Source of the DNA: Eledone cirrhosa
Taxonomy: Eukaryota
Assembly: GCA_964016885.1 (NCBI GenBank)
Contig: OZ024740.1
Span: 372,310,001-372,374,000 of the forward strand
Reading direction: 5' to 3'
Length of the DNA: 64,000 nt
Of this stretch, positions 60,649-64,000 are shown in pieces. The notes below the pieces were generated by a model. It was not told the DNA's origin, did no database searches, and saw only the letters and a list, made by a program, of their open reading frames with translations. How positions within the stretch are numbered: the stretch's first letter is position 1; each line of letters begins with the position of its first letter. The position numbers were made by a program, and so were the translations under genes.

Positions 60649-62510
60649 ATAACATGGATCTCTACAATGCCAACTGGGATGCAATTATTAACGAACTATC
60701 ACATATCGACTGGTATTTACACACGCCCACACTTCAACCAACATCAAAACATCAAGGCAGATCTTTGTAGACACTCACAAATATATGTACAAAACACCCC
60801 ACCAAAACCTGTGAACAAAACCAAGTGCAGTATCCCACAAAACAGGAAAACAATTATCAGAAAAATAAAAAGAACAAACAAAAAAATTAACACACTAAAA
60901 TACTGCCAACAGGAACAGACACATTCAATGGCTATCGCCCTGCTTGAGTAAAACAAATATAACCCCCAGCAATGCATGATGACCATCATCAATAACCAGA
61001 GAATAGCTGAAGAGAGGTGGGCCATTGAGAAAATAAAACTCAACCCCAAAGTGTTCTTCTCATTCGCTAAAAAACACAAGGTCACCGTCTCCACTGTTGG
61101 CCCCCTAGTTGATGCAAATGACACACTCCAGGACAATACCAAAACCATGTGCGAGATACTGAAGAAACAATACTGCTCTGTTTTCAGCAACCCTGATATG
61201 GCCGATCTGGGCTGTATCAGTGATATTAACCCTCACCACACTATATCAGACATAACATTTGGCGCCCCTGATGTCTTAGCGCAATAAACGAAATTTAATT
61301 AAATTCAGCAGTAGGCCACGACAGGTTCCCTGCTTGTGTCCTGAAGGTGTGTCGACACCAACTTGCAACTCCTCTTGCTAATCTGTGGAGGAACTCACTG
61401 GACACTGGCTATATTCCTGAAAACTTTCTGTCCCTGTCCGTTGTCCCAGTTTTCAAAAAGGGAAATAAGTCCCATGCAGTGAACTACCGTCCGATCTCAA
61501 TCACCTCTAATATTATCAATGTATTTGAGAGGGTGGCGAGATCACGAATAACCCACTTTCTTGAAAGCAACGGCCTGCTGAAATCCTACCAACATGGGTT
61601 CCATAATGGAAGGGATTGCCTAATGCAGCTCCTGCATCACTTTGACGATGTTTTGAGAGCCTTGGGAGAGGGCTCCAACACTGATGTCATCTACCTTGAT
61701 TTCAGCAAGGCCTTCGACAGGGTTGATCATAAGATTTTACTGAAAAAACTATCCAATGTTGGTGTCTCTGGAAGGTTACTACAGTGGATCAAATGTTTCC
61801 TGACAGGCAGAACTCAGCATGTTGTAGTCGAAGGAGTAAAATCAAGCCCTGCCAACGTCCGCAGTGGCGTCCCACAAGGCACTGTGTTGGGCCCACTTCT
61901 TTTCATCATATACATTAATGACATTACTGACATCATCAAACACAGTAACATCAGAATCTTCGCAGATGATTCCAAGCTCCAAAGGGTCATCAATGAGATG
62001 GGTGACCGGACTTGCCTTCAGTCAGACCTACTGGCTGGCTGTTATCCAATGGGCAGAGATGGATAATATGCTGTTGAATGAGGATAAATTTGAAAAAAGG
62101 GTGCTCTGAAACTACCATACTCTCTTCCTTCGGGTGAAACTCTGGTGGCTTCCAATAACATCAGAGACCTGGGAGTAATTGTGGACAACAATGTAAGCTG
62201 GGCCACTCATATAAACAGCAAAGTTGATATGGCCCGCAGAATGTCTGCCTGGATTCTCAGAACTTTCCAGTCGAGAGATATCCACACTGTTGTACTTCTC
62301 TTCTCCACTTTTGCTCGACCCCACCTTGAATACTGTTGTCCACTGTGGTCACCCCACACGAAACAAAGTATCATGAAAGTTGAAGCACCTCAAAGGTCAA
62401 TTACAAAAAAGATATTTGGCATGACAGGCCTTGACTATTGGGGTCGATTAGAAAAGCTCAAACTTTATTCTCTTCAACGTCGCCGTGAGCGCTAGATTAT
62501 CTGTAAAACT
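60646..62510 (+). mobile_element. CR1-group LINE ORF2 fragment (RT pseudogene)
   Basis: NPKVFFSF, VVPVFKKG..NYRPISITS, QHGF, YLDFSKAFDRVDH, SGVPQGTVLGPLLF, FADD, RDLGV, RPHLEYCCPLWSPH, LYSLQRRRER. Confidence 0.9.
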
Positions 62511-63028
62511 AGAAATGTAGTATATAGCATAAGATGTACTGAAGGACAATTTGGAAGATAAAAATATAGTGTACAGCTCGTAGTATAGGGGAACGGATAA
62601 ATGAACACTGGCGAGACCTTCAAGATAGTAAAGAATCATCTGTACTCTACCAACATGCTAAAATAGAACATAAGGGTAAATTAGAGAACATAGAAATAAA
62701 AATAGAATCTACACACAGAAAAGATGCAATGTTTAGACAAATCACAGAAGCAATAAACATAAATGAACTCCAACCAAAATTAAATAGAAAACATGAGTGG
62801 AACAGCAACATCACAACTTACAATTAAGGACAAAATGAAAACACACACGCACATAAAACAAAGAACTAACCAGTAACATGTAAATAAACAAATAAATAAA
62901 CGAATATAAACACACACAGACACCCGGATGTAACACATGCGCAAACTAAGTACACAACACACACGCAAAAACAAGATGGCGTAGGACAGAACAAAGGAGA
63001 GGCACAAAAACAAAGAAAATTATCCCCA

Positions 63029-63071
63029 GTCACTGAAGAGGTCACATAATGTGTGACGAAAGAACTTTCAC
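63029..63071 (+). ncRNA. Hammerhead motif upstream of a third PLE ORF
   Basis: gtca-CTGAAGA-gGTCACAtaatgTGTGAC-GAAAG-aa-CTT-tcac; stem I has one mismatch. Confidence 0.55.
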
Positions 63072-63175
63072 AATATATAAACAATCATCTGGTTGTGGAA
63101 CCAACCAACCAACCAGAAATTTATAAATTCCTAAATTTATAAATGTATTATAATAAATTGAAGTGAAAGCAACTG

Positions 63176-64000
63176 GTGCGTGTGTTTCTTATTGGCAATA
63201 TGACCCTCCCAAACTATAACAATATCGGTTTCAACACACGTTTTCAGATAAAAAATCTTGCTACGCAAATTCAGAAACGAAATATCGTAAGCCTTAGCCA
63301 GGCTAACAAGATACTGAAAACCACCATGTTCTGTAGTCTACGAAAAACAATAACCTCTCAACAACTACACTTCATAAAAGAATGTGCCTCGTCCCGAGTT
63401 TACACCAACACCATCAACACCGATGATAGAAGATTACAGTTCACCAAAAAGGAAGCAGATAGGCTAAAACGATAACTAATTATAAACATAAAAAAGAAGA
63501 TTTATAGAGAATTAACTCATCAAGAAAAACACAAGCGTAACCTAATAAAAGAAATAACTAAGATCACCACACCAAGAGAAACATTAAAAGTACATCGTTC
63601 AAGAATGTGACAAGCACTTTAACAAAAAACTAAAGTGGCTCAAACAGATAAAACTAAATCAAGATACTTTAGAGAATATCAATAGATATCCCGACAAAAT
63701 TGACGGTATAAATATGGCTGACATCTCATTAACAGATGAATTCAACAACAAGAACACAAATATATACGGCAAAACTACGGTAGACTCTGATGAATTATCA
63801 GTATTACAACTGCCACCTAAGTATGCCACATTTAATAAGGTAAATATGATTAAATGCTTGTCAGAAATAGAAAAATCATTTACAAAATTACGTTGGAGCC
63901 TCAAAAACAAAAACAAAAGTAACAACATACGCACACACACACACATATACAACACACATCCCAACAACAACAGACACACAGACACAAACAACAATAACAA
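63176..64000 (+). pseudogene. N-terminal part of another PLE ORF (disrupted; runs off the window)
   Basis: QLHFIKEC motif, then DELSVLQLPPKYA..EIEKSFTKLRW (frame of ATG 63714), resembling PLE N-terminal domains; hammerhead upstream. Confidence 0.6.

Overview
AT-rich, microsatellite-saturated eukaryotic DNA with no recognisable host gene. The SINE families, R4/Dong, Tx1 and CR1 LINEs and Penelope-like elements suggest an invertebrate, probably a cephalopod such as Octopus (inference). Most short ORFs in the track are (TA)n/(CA)n artefacts. Real coding content: two near-complete Penelope-like retroelements (PLEs; RT + C-terminal GIY-YIG; 39941-44733 with ~610-bp direct terminal repeats, and ~56140-59806), the start of a third, a Tx1/L1 LINE in a (TATC)n tract, a CR1 LINE, and decayed Tc1/mariner and R4 fragments. 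Non-coding mobile DNA includes tRNA-SINEs, a Helitron and a bipartite RTE-derived element. The strongest signal is a set of at least 12 type-I hammerhead ribozyme motifs from about 9 unrelated sequence families, found by eye. Most lie in short fold-back or 5'-inverted PLE terminal-repeat modules inserted into (TA)n tracts; some have variant cores, very long loop-2 inserts or stem covariation. Also noted: an HDV-like ribozyme fold heading the RTE-derived element, and a 34-nt intron-like spacer that could fuse Tx1 ORF1 to ORF2. All folds and boundaries are manual and need computational confirmation.
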